DNA of 32,000 nucleotides from Candidatus Saccharimonadota bacterium (GCF_023585745.1 NZ_CP097762.1:30001-62000); one strand, 5' to 3'; counted from the stretch's first letter, positions 19,621-30,455 are shown. Translations and numbers: made by a program. Notes: generated by a model not told the origin, from the letters alone.

Positions 19621-20265
19621 ATGCATCAAGATATTTTATCTACTTTTGGCACATCTAGGGAGCGTGTTGAAAATGCATTAGATGCTTTACGCTATGGTCG
19701 TGGCATTTTAGTAATGGATGACGAAAATCGAGAAAACGAAGGTGATATGGTTTTTGCTGCAGAGAATATGACAGTTGAACAAATGGCATTGGCTATACGT
19801 TATGGTAGTGGAATAGTATGTTTGTGTTTAACAGAAGATAGGTGTAAACAATTAAATTTACCAGTTATGGTAGAAAATAATAACAATAATTATCAGACTG
19901 CTTTTACTATTACAATAGAAGCAGCAACAGGTATTACTACGGGTGTATCAGCATCTGATAGATTAACTACTATAAGAACATCTATAAAAGAGTATGCGAA
20001 ACCATCTGATTTGCGTCGTCCTGGACATGTTTTTCCTTTGCGCGCAAAAAATGGTGGTGTTTTAAAACGCGCAGGGCATACGGAAGCAGCTGTTGATTTA
20101 GCTATATTAGCTGGATTAGGTCCATTTGGAGTATTGTGTGAAGTAACAAATGAAGATGGAAGTATGGCGCGTATTTTAGAAATTATTAAATTTTCACATA
20201 AATATACCATGCCAGTTTTGACTATTGCAGATATTATAGATTATCGAAATGCTATGTGTCCTTAA
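19621..20265 (+). CDS. ribB: 3,4-dihydroxy-2-butanone 4-phosphate synthase (riboflavin pathway)
   Basis: 214 aa. [82 protein letters not shown] and GVLCE.TN.DG.MAR match E. coli RibB. Confidence 0.95.
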   Translation: MHQDILSTFGTSRERVENALDALRYGRGILVMDDENRENEGDMVFAAENMTVEQMALAIRYGSGIVCLCLTEDRCKQLNLPVMVENNNNNYQTAFTITIEAATGITTGVSASDRLTTIRTSIKEYAKPSDLRRPGHVFPLRAKNGGVLKRAGHTEAAVDLAILAGLGPFGVLCEVTNEDGSMARILEIIKFSHKYTMPVLTIADIIDYRNAMCP

Positions 20266-20309
20266 GTGTTATATGATAAAAATATCTAAAATGTTTTAAT
20301 TTTAACATT

Positions 20310-20341
20310 AGTTCTTTTTGTAAAAGAACTATTAATTTTTT
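20310..20341 (+). terminator. Candidate intrinsic terminator downstream of ribB
   Basis: AGTTCTTTT (20310-20318) pairs perfectly with AAAAGAACT (20322-20330) around a 3-nt loop. It is followed by ATTAATTTTTT and lies about 45 nt after the ribB stop. The stem is AT-rich and the T-run is not directly adjacent, so this is tentative. Confidence 0.4.
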
Positions 20342-20592
20342 GATAAAAATATTTATATAGGGTTATAATTATAACTAGGTTTATTAGTTTTTATTTATAT
20401 AAAGTTTTGTTGAAATATAATATGTTATTAAACAATTAAGTTGTATGAAATTATCATAAATAATAATTGTTTTATATTGAATAAATGATTAAGTAGTATT
20501 ATTTTTCTTATAAGTTTTTAAAAATTAATTAAAGTAATTGATATTATTGCAAAATACTGTTAATAATATGCTATTAACATAGGGAATTTTTT

Positions 20593-21333
20593 GTGCTTGC
20601 AGTTATACGTATTATTTTAGCATCAATACTATCAGTTAGTATTTGTATACTCGGTATTATTTATTGTATATTAAGGCCAAGACATCCAAATAACACAGCT
20701 TTTTTAGGTCGTTTATTTGGAAGTATGGCACCTATATTTGGGATTACTGTTGAAATACGTAATCTTTTAAAAGATAAATTACCCAAAAATTGTATATATA
20801 TATCTAATCATCAAAATAATTATGATATGGTAACGGTGTCTTGTATAGTACCGCCTCGTACTATAACAGTAGGAAAGAAAAATCTGCTTTGGATTCCGTT
20901 ATTTGGTCAGTTATATTGGTTATGTGGTAATATATTAATTAATCGTTCTAGAAGATTTACTGCTTATAATACTGTATTAAAAATAGTTAGATCTATTAAA
21001 GTAGATAATATTTCTCTTTGGGTATTTCCAGAGGGAAAACGTAGCTTTAATAAAGGATTATTGCCATTCAAAACTAGTATTTTTCACGCAGCGATTTCCA
21101 ATAAAATACCTATTGTGCCAATTTGTGTATCTAACCTTAATAATAAAGTAAAATTAAATCGTTGGTCTAATGGCGTAGTAATAATTGAAATTATGCCACC
21201 TATAGATACTGCAGGATATAATTTAAGCCAAGTTCGTTATGTTACTAAGTATTGTTATATGATTATGAAAAATAGAATTGATTCTTTAAGCAAAGAGTCT
21301 CTTCAACGAGAAGATCATAATTTAGTCAATTAA
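20593..21333 (+). CDS. plsC: 1-acyl-sn-glycerol-3-phosphate acyltransferase
   Basis: 246 aa with a GTG start and an N-terminal TM segment. Acyltransferase block I NHQNNYD (HxxxxD) and block III FPEGKRS (PEG.R) are present. Length and layout resemble E. coli PlsC. Confidence 0.88.
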   Translation: MLAVIRIILASILSVSICILGIIYCILRPRHPNNTAFLGRLFGSMAPIFGITVEIRNLLKDKLPKNCIYISNHQNNYDMVTVSCIVPPRTITVGKKNLLWIPLFGQLYWLCGNILINRSRRFTAYNTVLKIVRSIKVDNISLWVFPEGKRSFNKGLLPFKTSIFHAAISNKIPIVPICVSNLNNKVKLNRWSNGVVIIEIMPPIDTAGYNLSQVRYVTKYCYMIMKNRIDSLSKESLQREDHNLVN

Positions 21334-21461
21334 AAAATATATTGCTACTGTTTATATAAATATTTTTATGCAGTCCTTATATTCGCATATGATGTATTTA
21401 ATATGATTTTGATAAATATGTAAAGAGTACGCATATAATATTTTGAATAGTTATTATTTAT

Positions 21462-22649
21462 TTACACATCGATTCTATTCAATCCATGAGATAAATCTTG
21501 TATTAAATCATTAGGATCTTCTAATCCGATATGAACTCTAATTAAAGTTCCTGTAAAATCTAATGTTTTAATAGGGCGCATAGAACATAGTTCTTTAGTT
21601 TGATACGCTAAAATTAAAGATTCGAATCCGCCCCAAGAATATGCAATTTTGAAATATTTAAAATTATTAAGAAAATTGGATAATTGTACGTTGTTTAATT
21701 TTTTTTTTAAAATAAACGAAAATAATCCACTAGATCCACTAAAATTTTTTAAAAAATTATTATGTCCTTTGCATGTGGGTAAAGCTGGGTGATTGACTCG
21801 TTCTATAGCGGGGTGCTGAGATAACCATTTGGCAATGTGTAATCCATTTTCTTCATGTTGTTTTAATCTTATATGTAATGTGCGTAATCCCCTAGATGCC
21901 ATATATGCAGTATCAGTATCTACCATTTGTCCCATTAAGTAATATTGTTTCTGTAATCTTTCCCAGCAACGTTCGTTAGATACTGCTGTTCCTATCATCG
22001 CATCAGAATGACCTATGATATATTTAGTGCCAGATTGCAGGGAAATATCTACACCGATATCTAAGGGTTTTAAAAATACTCCAGCAGACCAAGTATTATC
22101 CAAGATAATAGTAGTATCTGGTTTTTTTTTACGAATTGCTTGCACTATACTAGGTATATTTTGTACTTCCATAGTGATGGAACCTGGAGATTCTAATATA
22201 ACTAAACAGGTATTGTAATGAATCAAATTATAAATTTCTTGCTCAATAAGTGGATCAAACCAAGTAATATTTATATTCATTTTTTTTGCAATATATCGAC
22301 AGAATTTTTGTGTTGGTTCATACGCAGATTCTGTAATTAAAATATGATCTCCTGGATTTACAAAAGAAAGAATTGTGTGGGTAATAGCTGCTGTGCCACA
22401 GGGATATAACGCACAACCCACTCCATGTTCTAGTTCTGTCATTGATTTACAGAAAGAAAAATGAGTTATAGTGCCATAGCGTCCATAAAACAGTTGTTTT
22501 GAATAGTGGTGTTCTTTAGCAATTTTTTTTTGTTCTTCAACAGAATCAAATATTACTGAAGATGTACGTTGAATAATGGGATTAATTGCTCCATGTGTAT
22601 ATTTTTTGCTTCTTCCTGAAATAATTAATTTGGTTTTAATTGTACTCAT
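21462..22649 (-). CDS. metC: Cystathionine beta-lyase (PLP-dependent, Cys/Met metabolism family)
   Basis: 395 aa, the same length as E. coli MetC. The PLP-lysine context SGTKYIIGHSDAMIG matches the SATKYLVGHSD of MetC. YGR.GT.T, DNTW and GGFESL are also conserved. Confidence 0.88.
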   Translation of the reverse strand: MSTIKTKLIISGRSKKYTHGAINPIIQRTSSVIFDSVEEQKKIAKEHHYSKQLFYGRYGTITHFSFCKSMTELEHGVGCALYPCGTAAITHTILSFVNPGDHILITESAYEPTQKFCRYIAKKMNINITWFDPLIEQEIYNLIHYNTCLVILESPGSITMEVQNIPSIVQAIRKKKPDTTIILDNTWSAGVFLKPLDIGVDISLQSGTKYIIGHSDAMIGTAVSNERCWERLQKQYYLMGQMVDTDTAYMASRGLRTLHIRLKQHEENGLHIAKWLSQHPAIERVNHPALPTCKGHNNFLKNFSGSSGLFSFILKKKLNNVQLSNFLNNFKYFKIAYSWGGFESLILAYQTKELCSMRPIKTLDFTGTLIRVHIGLEDPNDLIQDLSHGLNRIDV

Positions 22650-23366
22650 AAGTGTTATATTTATTTAAATAAATTTAAAGTTATAATTTATATAATATTG
22701 TTTTTAGATTCTATAAGTTCTATTTAGTTTTCTTAAATATGTTATTTTATTTCCTTATAATAATCTCTTGTGGTAAAGATTTGCAAGCAAGAATCAATAT
22801 AAAGTTTTTTTATATAAAATCTTTTATTTAAAAATTTATAGTTATATGAATGACAGTTCTTGAATTTTATCAATTAGTATTCATCAATAGAACATTGTAT
22901 GAGTTAGTAAATTTATTTATATGCAGATGGTTTATGGTTCTTAAAATTAGATACATCATATTTCACATGCAAAATAGATATTTTACGTTCTATTCACATA
23001 AAAATTTTTGTAGATTTGTCGTGCTATATTTTAATTATAATTCTGTGTTACTATATGTTGATCAGTATTACTATTTTATTACTATCAGTAGTAGTGCATA
23101 TTGCTGTTAGCAATGTTGGCTTGTATATATCAGTATCATATAATAATTTTGGTCGCAACAGTTAAAAATTAATATATTTAAATATCAATTATTACATTTT
23201 GTTCTGTGAGTTTAGTTAAATAGAGCGTTGTTCATATTTAACAAAATTGTTCTTTTATGTATCCTTTTAATATTCTTAATAAAAGTTTTTAAATAAGAAA
23301 AAATTAATTTGAGAATAATTATATTAATAGCACTGGTTAATTTTAAATTTAGAATTTTATTGTAAA

Positions 23367-23439
23367 TGCCCGGACTTGGAATTGAACCAAGGACACGAGG
23401 ATCTTCAGTCCTCTGCTCTACCGACTGAGCTATCCGGGC
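23367..23439 (-). tRNA. pheU: tRNA-Phe (GAA anticodon)
   Basis: The reverse complement GCCCGGATAGCTCAGTCGGTAGAGCAGAGGACTGAAGATCCTCGTGTCCTTGGTTCAATTCCAAGTCCGGGCA gives a clean cloverleaf with anticodon loop CTGAAGA. It is very close to E. coli tRNA-Phe. The 3' CCA is not encoded; the discriminator A is followed by TTT. It lies near cutA, as pheU does in E. coli. Confidence 0.95.
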
Positions 23440-23602
23440 TCTTGATTTTACATGTGTATTGAAAGAATATTTTTCTATAAAATCTTTTGATAGCTTATTC
23501 TATCAAAAAAATTTTTTTTTAAAAGCAAAAAATAGCAAAAGCAATTTTAAAAATTAATTGTAATTTTTTAGTTTTTACATTTAAATTCTGTTGTTTAAAA
23601 TA

Positions 23603-23920
23603 TTACGTTTGAGGTAATACTGATTGCATCCATGATAGATAATTAGAGTCGCCATCCAGAATCGGTAATACTAATAACTCTGGTATTTTATAAGGATGAA
23701 TTTCTTTTATTGTTTTAAACACTGAGGTTTTTAGAGTATTTCGTGTTTTTATTAATAATTGTATTTCGGTATCAGTTGTAAGCGTATTGTTCCAATAATA
23801 GAATGACTGTACAGTGTTTATTATAGTTATGCAGGCTGCTAATTTTTGATTTAGTAAATTTTTTGTTATCTTAGAAACAAGAGATGTATGGTTAGGTATA
23901 GTGCATAAAATAATTATCAT
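23603..23920 (-). CDS. cutA: Divalent-cation tolerance protein CutA
   Basis: 105 aa. The pattern KLAAC..I......S.Y.W......D.E..L.IKT.......V...I...HPY..PE....PI ......YL.W is the CutA1 fold signature. Its position between pheU and groES matches E. coli after loss of the intervening genes. Confidence 0.85.
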   Translation of the reverse strand: MIIILCTIPNHTSLVSKITKNLLNQKLAACITIINTVQSFYYWNNTLTTDTEIQLLIKTRNTLKTSVFKTIKEIHPYKIPELLVLPILDGDSNYLSWMQSVLPQT

Positions 23921-24050
23921 TTTATAGTACCTTGTTGAATTATTGTAGTATTCTTACTTAAGATATTAGTATTTTGTGGAGCAGCATAAATTGTTTAAAT
24001 ATTATCTCATAATGTATATATGTGTATGTAAATTAAAAAATTTCTTATTT

Positions 24051-24081
24051 CCCCTTGAAGCAATCTGTAATGCCCCCATTT
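24051..24081 (+). promoter_or_regulatory. Sigma-32 (RpoH) heat-shock promoter of groES-groEL
   Basis: CCCCTTGAA (24051-24059) and CCCCCATTT (24073-24081) are separated by 13 nt. This matches the sigma-32 consensus (CCCTTGAA - 13 to 15 nt - CCCCATNT) and the E. coli groE promoter TTTCCCCCTTGAA...CCCCATTT as recalled. It is a conspicuous C-rich island in AT-rich spacer, about 110 nt upstream of the groES ATG. Confidence 0.75.
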
Positions 24082-24191
24082 TAGATATTGTCTTGAGGCA
24101 GTAATATTAATAGAACTTGCGTCTAATATATAGTGCGAATCTAATAGATTTATTATACAAATAGTATATAATATGTAATTAGGAGTATTAA

Positions 24192-24485
24192 ATGAAAATT
24201 CGTCCATTGCATGATCGTGTAATTGTTAAGCGTAAAGAGGTTGAATCAAAATCTGCTGGAGGTATCGTATTGACTGGATCTGCAGCTGGTAAGTCTACTA
24301 GAGGAGAGGTGTTGGCTGTTGGTCATGGCCGTGTTTTGGAAAACGGAGGGGTAAAAGCTTTAGATGTACGTGTTGGTGATACCGTAATTTTCAATGACGG
24401 TTATGGTGTAAAAGTTGAAAAAATTGATAACGAGGAAGTATTAATTATGTCAGAAAGCGATATCCTTGCTATCGTTGAGAAATAA
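24192..24485 (+). CDS. groES: Co-chaperonin GroES
   Basis: 97 aa. [48 protein letters not shown] is near-identical to E. coli GroES. A strong SD (AGGAG) lies 6 nt upstream. Confidence 0.98.
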   Translation: MKIRPLHDRVIVKRKEVESKSAGGIVLTGSAAGKSTRGEVLAVGHGRVLENGGVKALDVRVGDTVIFNDGYGVKVEKIDNEEVLIMSESDILAIVEK

Positions 24486-26174
<1,689 letters not shown>

Positions 26175-26228
26175 TAAATAGCACTACTATTTTAGCATAA
26201 TAGTAATGTAAAAATGTTGTATATTATG

Positions 26229-26325
26229 TTTCTTATTTCTTGAAAGAAATAAGAAAGGTGCAAACGAACCGATAACATTATTAGTATTATTGTTAATATT
26301 GAGGTTTTTCGGTTCGTTTTTTTGT
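26229..26325 (+). terminator. groESL terminator region: two hairpins, the second followed by a T-run
   Basis: Hairpin 1 is TTTCTTATTTCT (26229-26240) / AGAAATAAGAAA (26245-26256), a perfect 12-bp stem with a 4-nt loop. Hairpin 2 is AAACGAACCGA (26262-26272) / TCGGTTCGTTT (26309-26319), a perfect 11-bp stem with a ~36-nt loop that runs straight into T7. Both lie 55-150 nt after the groEL stop. Confidence 0.6.
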
Positions 26326-26357
26326 TAATTTTAAAATATTTATATTTTCTTTTTATT

Positions 26358-26939
26358 ATGGTAATATATCATATTAATGATTTTAAGTCTGGTCTTAAAA
26401 TAATTCAAAATAATGAACCATGTATTATTTTACATGCAGAAGCTATAAAACCCGGAAAAGGTCAAGCATTTAGTCGTGTACGATTTAAACAAATTAAATC
26501 AGGGAAAATTTTAGAAAAAACTGTTAAATCTGGCGATTTTTTTGAATCTGCTGATCTTGTAGAAGTAGATTTAGTATATATTTACAATGATAATATATTT
26601 TGGTATTTTATTAATGAAAAAAATTTTGAAGAAATTGCAGTAGCCGAACAAATAATAGGCAATAATGTTAAATGGATGGTTAATCAATTACACTATGCCG
26701 TGACTTTGTGGAATAGCGCTCCCATCCTAGTAGTACCTCCTGAATATATAGGATTAAAAATTATAAATACTAGTATTTCTACAAAGAAGAGATATACTGC
26801 GTCTTTATCTGGATCTTCTGGAATTAAATTAGCTACAGTGAGTACTGGTGCTATCATTAAAGTTCCCCTTTTTATACAATCAGGTGATGTAGTAAAAGTT
26901 AACACTCGTTCTGGTATATATGTATCTAGAATAAGATAA
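26358..26939 (+). CDS. efp: Translation elongation factor P
   Basis: [15 protein letters not shown]......P......[11 protein letters not shown]......G...EKT.KS.D..E.AD.V...L.Y.YND...W.F.N...FE......... .N.KW... ......LWN..PI.V.PP..........T.......... .......ATLSTGA..KVPLF.Q.G.V.KV.TRSG.YVSR aligns with E. coli EF-P. The start is set at the ATG at 26358, matching E. coli MATYYSNDF, rather than the upstream TTG of the ORF track. Confidence 0.93.
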   Translation: MVIYHINDFKSGLKIIQNNEPCIILHAEAIKPGKGQAFSRVRFKQIKSGKILEKTVKSGDFFESADLVEVDLVYIYNDNIFWYFINEKNFEEIAVAEQIIGNNVKWMVNQLHYAVTLWNSAPILVVPPEYIGLKIINTSISTKKRYTASLSGSSGIKLATVSTGAIIKVPLFIQSGDVVKVNTRSGIYVSRIR

Positions 26940-27007
26940 ATAATAAAATAAAGAGTTATTTTTTATAATTTATTGAGATTGTTAACGGTTAGTATTTATT
27001 TATTTTT

Positions 27008-30000
27008 TTAAAAATCTTTGTGCATATATAATTGTAGGTAATAAAGATAGGTAGGTATATAAGGCATATTTAATCCTTTATCTTTATAGTAGTTAAAAAT
27101 TAACATATGTATTTGATGGCGTATAAGCATACGATATTTTATATCTGATACATATGTTCTTGCTTCAAGAATAGGAAATCCTTGTTGTATATTAGCTAAA
27201 TATATTTCCGGGGATGGATTTTCTAAAATATATGGCACTGTTTTTATCATTTTTAATATAGTTTTTATTACAGTATTTATATTAGTTTGAGGTGGTACAG
27301 GAAATCTTAAAACTACACGTATTATTTTGTCTGATAAAGACCAATTAATAAATTTTTTTGTAATGAATTCTCGATTTGGGACGATGATTTCTCTGTGATC
27401 CCAGTCAGTAATAATTGTTGCTCTAATACTAATTTTTGTTATATTACCGGTAAAATTATCAATAGTTACAGTATCTCCGATACGAATTGGTTTTTCAAAT
27501 AAAATCATTACTCCAGAAATAAAATTAGCAAAAATTTCTTGTAGACCAAAGCCCAAACCTACACCTAATGCAGCTATTAACCATTGTATCTTAACCCATT
27601 CTATCCCTATTAACGAACATCCTATGATACCGCCAAGTAACATTAATATATATTTAGTTAATGTCGTGATAGTATATCGTGTTCCTGAAGAAATATTTAG
27701 ACGTTGTAGAAAAGTTAATTCTAAAAATGCTGGTAAATTTCGCGCTGTTTGTGTAGTAATAATGATTACTAGAATAGCAATAAGAAAAGCGTTAAGAGTG
27801 ATCGGTTGAATATTATCTATGCCCTTAATAGTAGACGTTACATCCCATAATGTAATGTTTTCTAAAAATGAAAACGCTGATCGTAATTCTGACCATAACA
27901 AAGTCATTAATAATAAAGCAATAAGTGTTAATATAGATCGTATTAATTGTAAAGATTGTGCACTAATAGTATCTAAATCTAAATTATTTTTATTTTCTTT
28001 ATTATGCAGAGTTAGTGTGTTTATTTTCTCTATAGAATTTCGTAAATTGTTATTTTTTTTTTCTTTTGATGAAAGAATGGTACACTGTGTTTTTGATGAT
28101 TTAAGTGTAAAGTACATACTTTGTATATGCATCCATCTACGAATAATGTGATATATTATCAATATTATCACCCAAATTAGTAAAGAGATTTCTAGTCGGG
28201 CTAACAATGCTTGCGTAGCAAAAAAGTAACCTATACTTACAGTAAATACAGAGATTATTGGAGCGCATAACATTATATTCCATAAAAAATGGTTAATAAT
28301 ATTATCAGAAGATTTGTATTTGTTTGTATGTAAATTTAAACCAAAAATTTTTAGTTTATTTGTGATAAATATCAAGTAAATACATAATGATATAAAACAT
28401 AATCTGCCTAAAGTATTATGGAATTCTTGATTATTATAATGGTTGAATATCATGGTAGTAGTTGTTAAAAAAATAATTATGCTTACATTATAAATATAAT
28501 TCTTTGAAAAAATTATCTGTACTTTTTTTTGAGACCACCCAAAATGGGTAATAAATAATCCATGTGTAGATGCGAATCGCGCGCCTATTAATAAAATCCA
28601 CAATAAAATAGTTGTACTACGCATGCTATCACCAATTACTTCATAAGTAATGCATGACCAAGAATTACTTAAATTGTATCCTATAATTTCCCATGCAATG
28701 GGAAATGGTAATGATATTAATATTGAACTCCATATATTATGAAAAGTGACTAAAAAATTATCTTGATTAATTTTACCTATTTTTTTGCTAGACTGTTCTA
28801 GAAATTTTTGATAAAAATAATATGCTATATAATATATTATTATATATATACTGATGCATAATATTGTTAATATTAGTATTTTCTTTTTAACAAAAAGAAT
28901 TTCATATAGTATTTTTACTAGATTTTTTAATTTATACATCGTTAATAATTTGTAACAATCTTGATAAACGTCTAAAGGATAAGAAATAGTAATCGGAGGA
29001 ATGTCAGGTATCCAAAATAAATAACGGTGTATAGCTTTATACATATCTTTTAAAATATTTTGAAGTTCTTCAGAAGAAATTTTTAATTTTGTTAATGCGA
29101 GAATTTGAGTATCGAAACTATTTAATAACATAATAATAATATTACGTTGTTTAGTTATTTGTGATGTAATAATATGTTGTTGTGATAGTGTAAGTGATGT
29201 GTTGTCATCTTGTTTATTTTTTAAAGGTAGAAAAGTTAGTTTTTTTAATTTATTTTCATATATTAATCGTTGACTCCTTAATTTTTTCATATCATGATCA
29301 ATTTTTTGTAATTTTGGCATTTTTGGTAATTTAGAAAATTGAGAGCGTAATGTTGCGCCAAGCACAGGAGATTTATTTAACCATTGAGCTTGATTAGTTA
29401 GGTTAGTTAAAGCTTGTTTCACTTGTAAAGTATGTAAGGAAACTTCTTGTTGTTTTAATGCAATCTTATTTATATTACGTGTTTGTTGTTCTAAAATCAT
29501 TAAGAGTTCGTGAGTAATATATACTTGTTGTTTGATAGATTTAGGTAATAAATCATTTTTTATATTTAAAATAATTGTATTATCTTGAATAGATAGATAT
29601 TTAAATTGTTTTTCATGTAAAAAATTTGAATATTTTTTGAATATTTTTAAGATATTAAAAGTGGAATTATATTTTTTTTCAGACAATGCTGAATTTAATT
29701 CAGATACTGTGTATTTGTGAATAATATTAATTTTGCGGTCAGCAAATTCTAATTTGGATGTTTTTGATAGTCTAATTTTTTGATATTCGCATAACGAGAT
29801 GAATTTATTTTTTTTTACTAGTAGATTATTTTTATGAAATAGTAATATTTTTTGTATTTTTAAAAAATTTAATATATTTCTGAATTTTATTATTTTTTGT
29901 GATATTAATGTTGTTAACTCATTTATATAATGAGTAGTGATTTTTTTTTGCTGATTTATTTTTAATAAATTTATTATTTTATTATTAATAAATATTAATC

Positions 30001-30370
30001 TTTTGTTTAATTTTTTATTATAAATATTTAGGTCTAAAAAAATATTTTGATTATGTATATTGTAATGAAGTATTTTCCACTGAAAAATCATGTAAAAATA
30101 ATTATTTATTTTTTTTTTACATTTCCACGGTTCTATCTTAGAAGAATTATGTTCAATAGCACAACATAATGTAGATTTTAGATCATTTACAAAAAAATTT
30201 TTATTATTAATTTTTCCTTGCATGGAAGGGAAAAAATCTGTTTTTATTTTTTGTGTTTCTAGCAAGTTAGATGCAGATATTGGACTTGGAAATAACAATA
30301 TCAAAATATATATAAGTATTAATGAAAATATTTTATATAAACAGTTGGTTTGTTTGTTAAAAATCACCAT
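27008..30370 (-). CDS. mscM: Large MscS-family mechanosensitive channel (MscM/YjeP-type; MscK paralogue family)
   Basis: 1120 aa. It has a signal-like N-terminus and a long K/N/I/Q-rich coiled-coil periplasmic half, followed by about 11 TM segments. The C-terminal MscS core (GVGLGFGLQEIFANFISGVMILFEKPIRIGDTVTI.....G.I.KISIRAT.ITDWD..E.IVPN..FI) is conserved. It lies directly downstream of psd on the same strand, as yjeP does in E. coli. Confidence 0.85.
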   Translation of the reverse strand: MVIFNKQTNCLYKIFSLILIYILILLFPSPISASNLLETQKIKTDFFPSMQGKINNKNFFVNDLKSTLCCAIEHNSSKIEPWKCKKKINNYFYMIFQWKILHYNIHNQNIFLDLNIYNKKLNKRLIFINNKIINLLKINQQKKITTHYINELTTLISQKIIKFRNILNFLKIQKILLFHKNNLLVKKNKFISLCEYQKIRLSKTSKLEFADRKINIIHKYTVSELNSALSEKKYNSTFNILKIFKKYSNFLHEKQFKYLSIQDNTIILNIKNDLLPKSIKQQVYITHELLMILEQQTRNINKIALKQQEVSLHTLQVKQALTNLTNQAQWLNKSPVLGATLRSQFSKLPKMPKLQKIDHDMKKLRSQRLIYENKLKKLTFLPLKNKQDDNTSLTLSQQHIITSQITKQRNIIIMLLNSFDTQILALTKLKISSEELQNILKDMYKAIHRYLFWIPDIPPITISYPLDVYQDCYKLLTMYKLKNLVKILYEILFVKKKILILTILCISIYIIIYYIAYYFYQKFLEQSSKKIGKINQDNFLVTFHNIWSSILISLPFPIAWEIIGYNLSNSWSCITYEVIGDSMRSTTILLWILLIGARFASTHGLFITHFGWSQKKVQIIFSKNYIYNVSIIIFLTTTTMIFNHYNNQEFHNTLGRLCFISLCIYLIFITNKLKIFGLNLHTNKYKSSDNIINHFLWNIMLCAPIISVFTVSIGYFFATQALLARLEISLLIWVIILIIYHIIRRWMHIQSMYFTLKSSKTQCTILSSKEKKNNNLRNSIEKINTLTLHNKENKNNLDLDTISAQSLQLIRSILTLIALLLMTLLWSELRSAFSFLENITLWDVTSTIKGIDNIQPITLNAFLIAILVIIITTQTARNLPAFLELTFLQRLNISSGTRYTITTLTKYILMLLGGIIGCSLIGIEWVKIQWLIAALGVGLGFGLQEIFANFISGVMILFEKPIRIGDTVTIDNFTGNITKISIRATIITDWDHREIIVPNREFITKKFINWSLSDKIIRVVLRFPVPPQTNINTVIKTILKMIKTVPYILENPSPEIYLANIQQGFPILEARTYVSDIKYRMLIRHQIHMLIFNYYKDKGLNMPYIPTYLYYLQLYMHKDF

Positions 30371-30455
30371 ATAGCATCATTTCGTGTAAATTTACAAAAA
30401 TAATATTTTTCCGATATATCATTTTTATATGTATAAACTTTATATGTGATTATTT

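Noticed and set aside
18168-20210. Minus-strand ORFs 18168-18449 (in hldE) and 19893-20210 (in ribB)
   Set aside because: These are shadow frames of conserved genes. Their Ala/Pro/Thr richness mirrors the Gly/Ala-rich sense frames.
22850-23110. 86-aa plus-strand ORF in the metC/tRNA-Phe spacer
   Set aside because: It has extreme F/Y/I/N/V/L composition, no SD, no recognisable domain, and ends in ...SSSAYCC. This is the kind of ORF expected by chance in long AT-rich spacer.
24007-24207. 66-aa minus-strand ORF upstream of groES
   Set aside because: It overlaps the sigma-32 promoter, the 5' UTR and the first codons of groES on the opposite strand, and has no coding features.
26322-26357. Upstream TTG start for efp, giving a 12-aa N-terminal extension ([12 protein letters not shown])
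   Set aside because: The extension overlaps the T-run of the groESL terminator and has no counterpart in EF-P. The ATG at 26358 aligns with the E. coli N-terminus.
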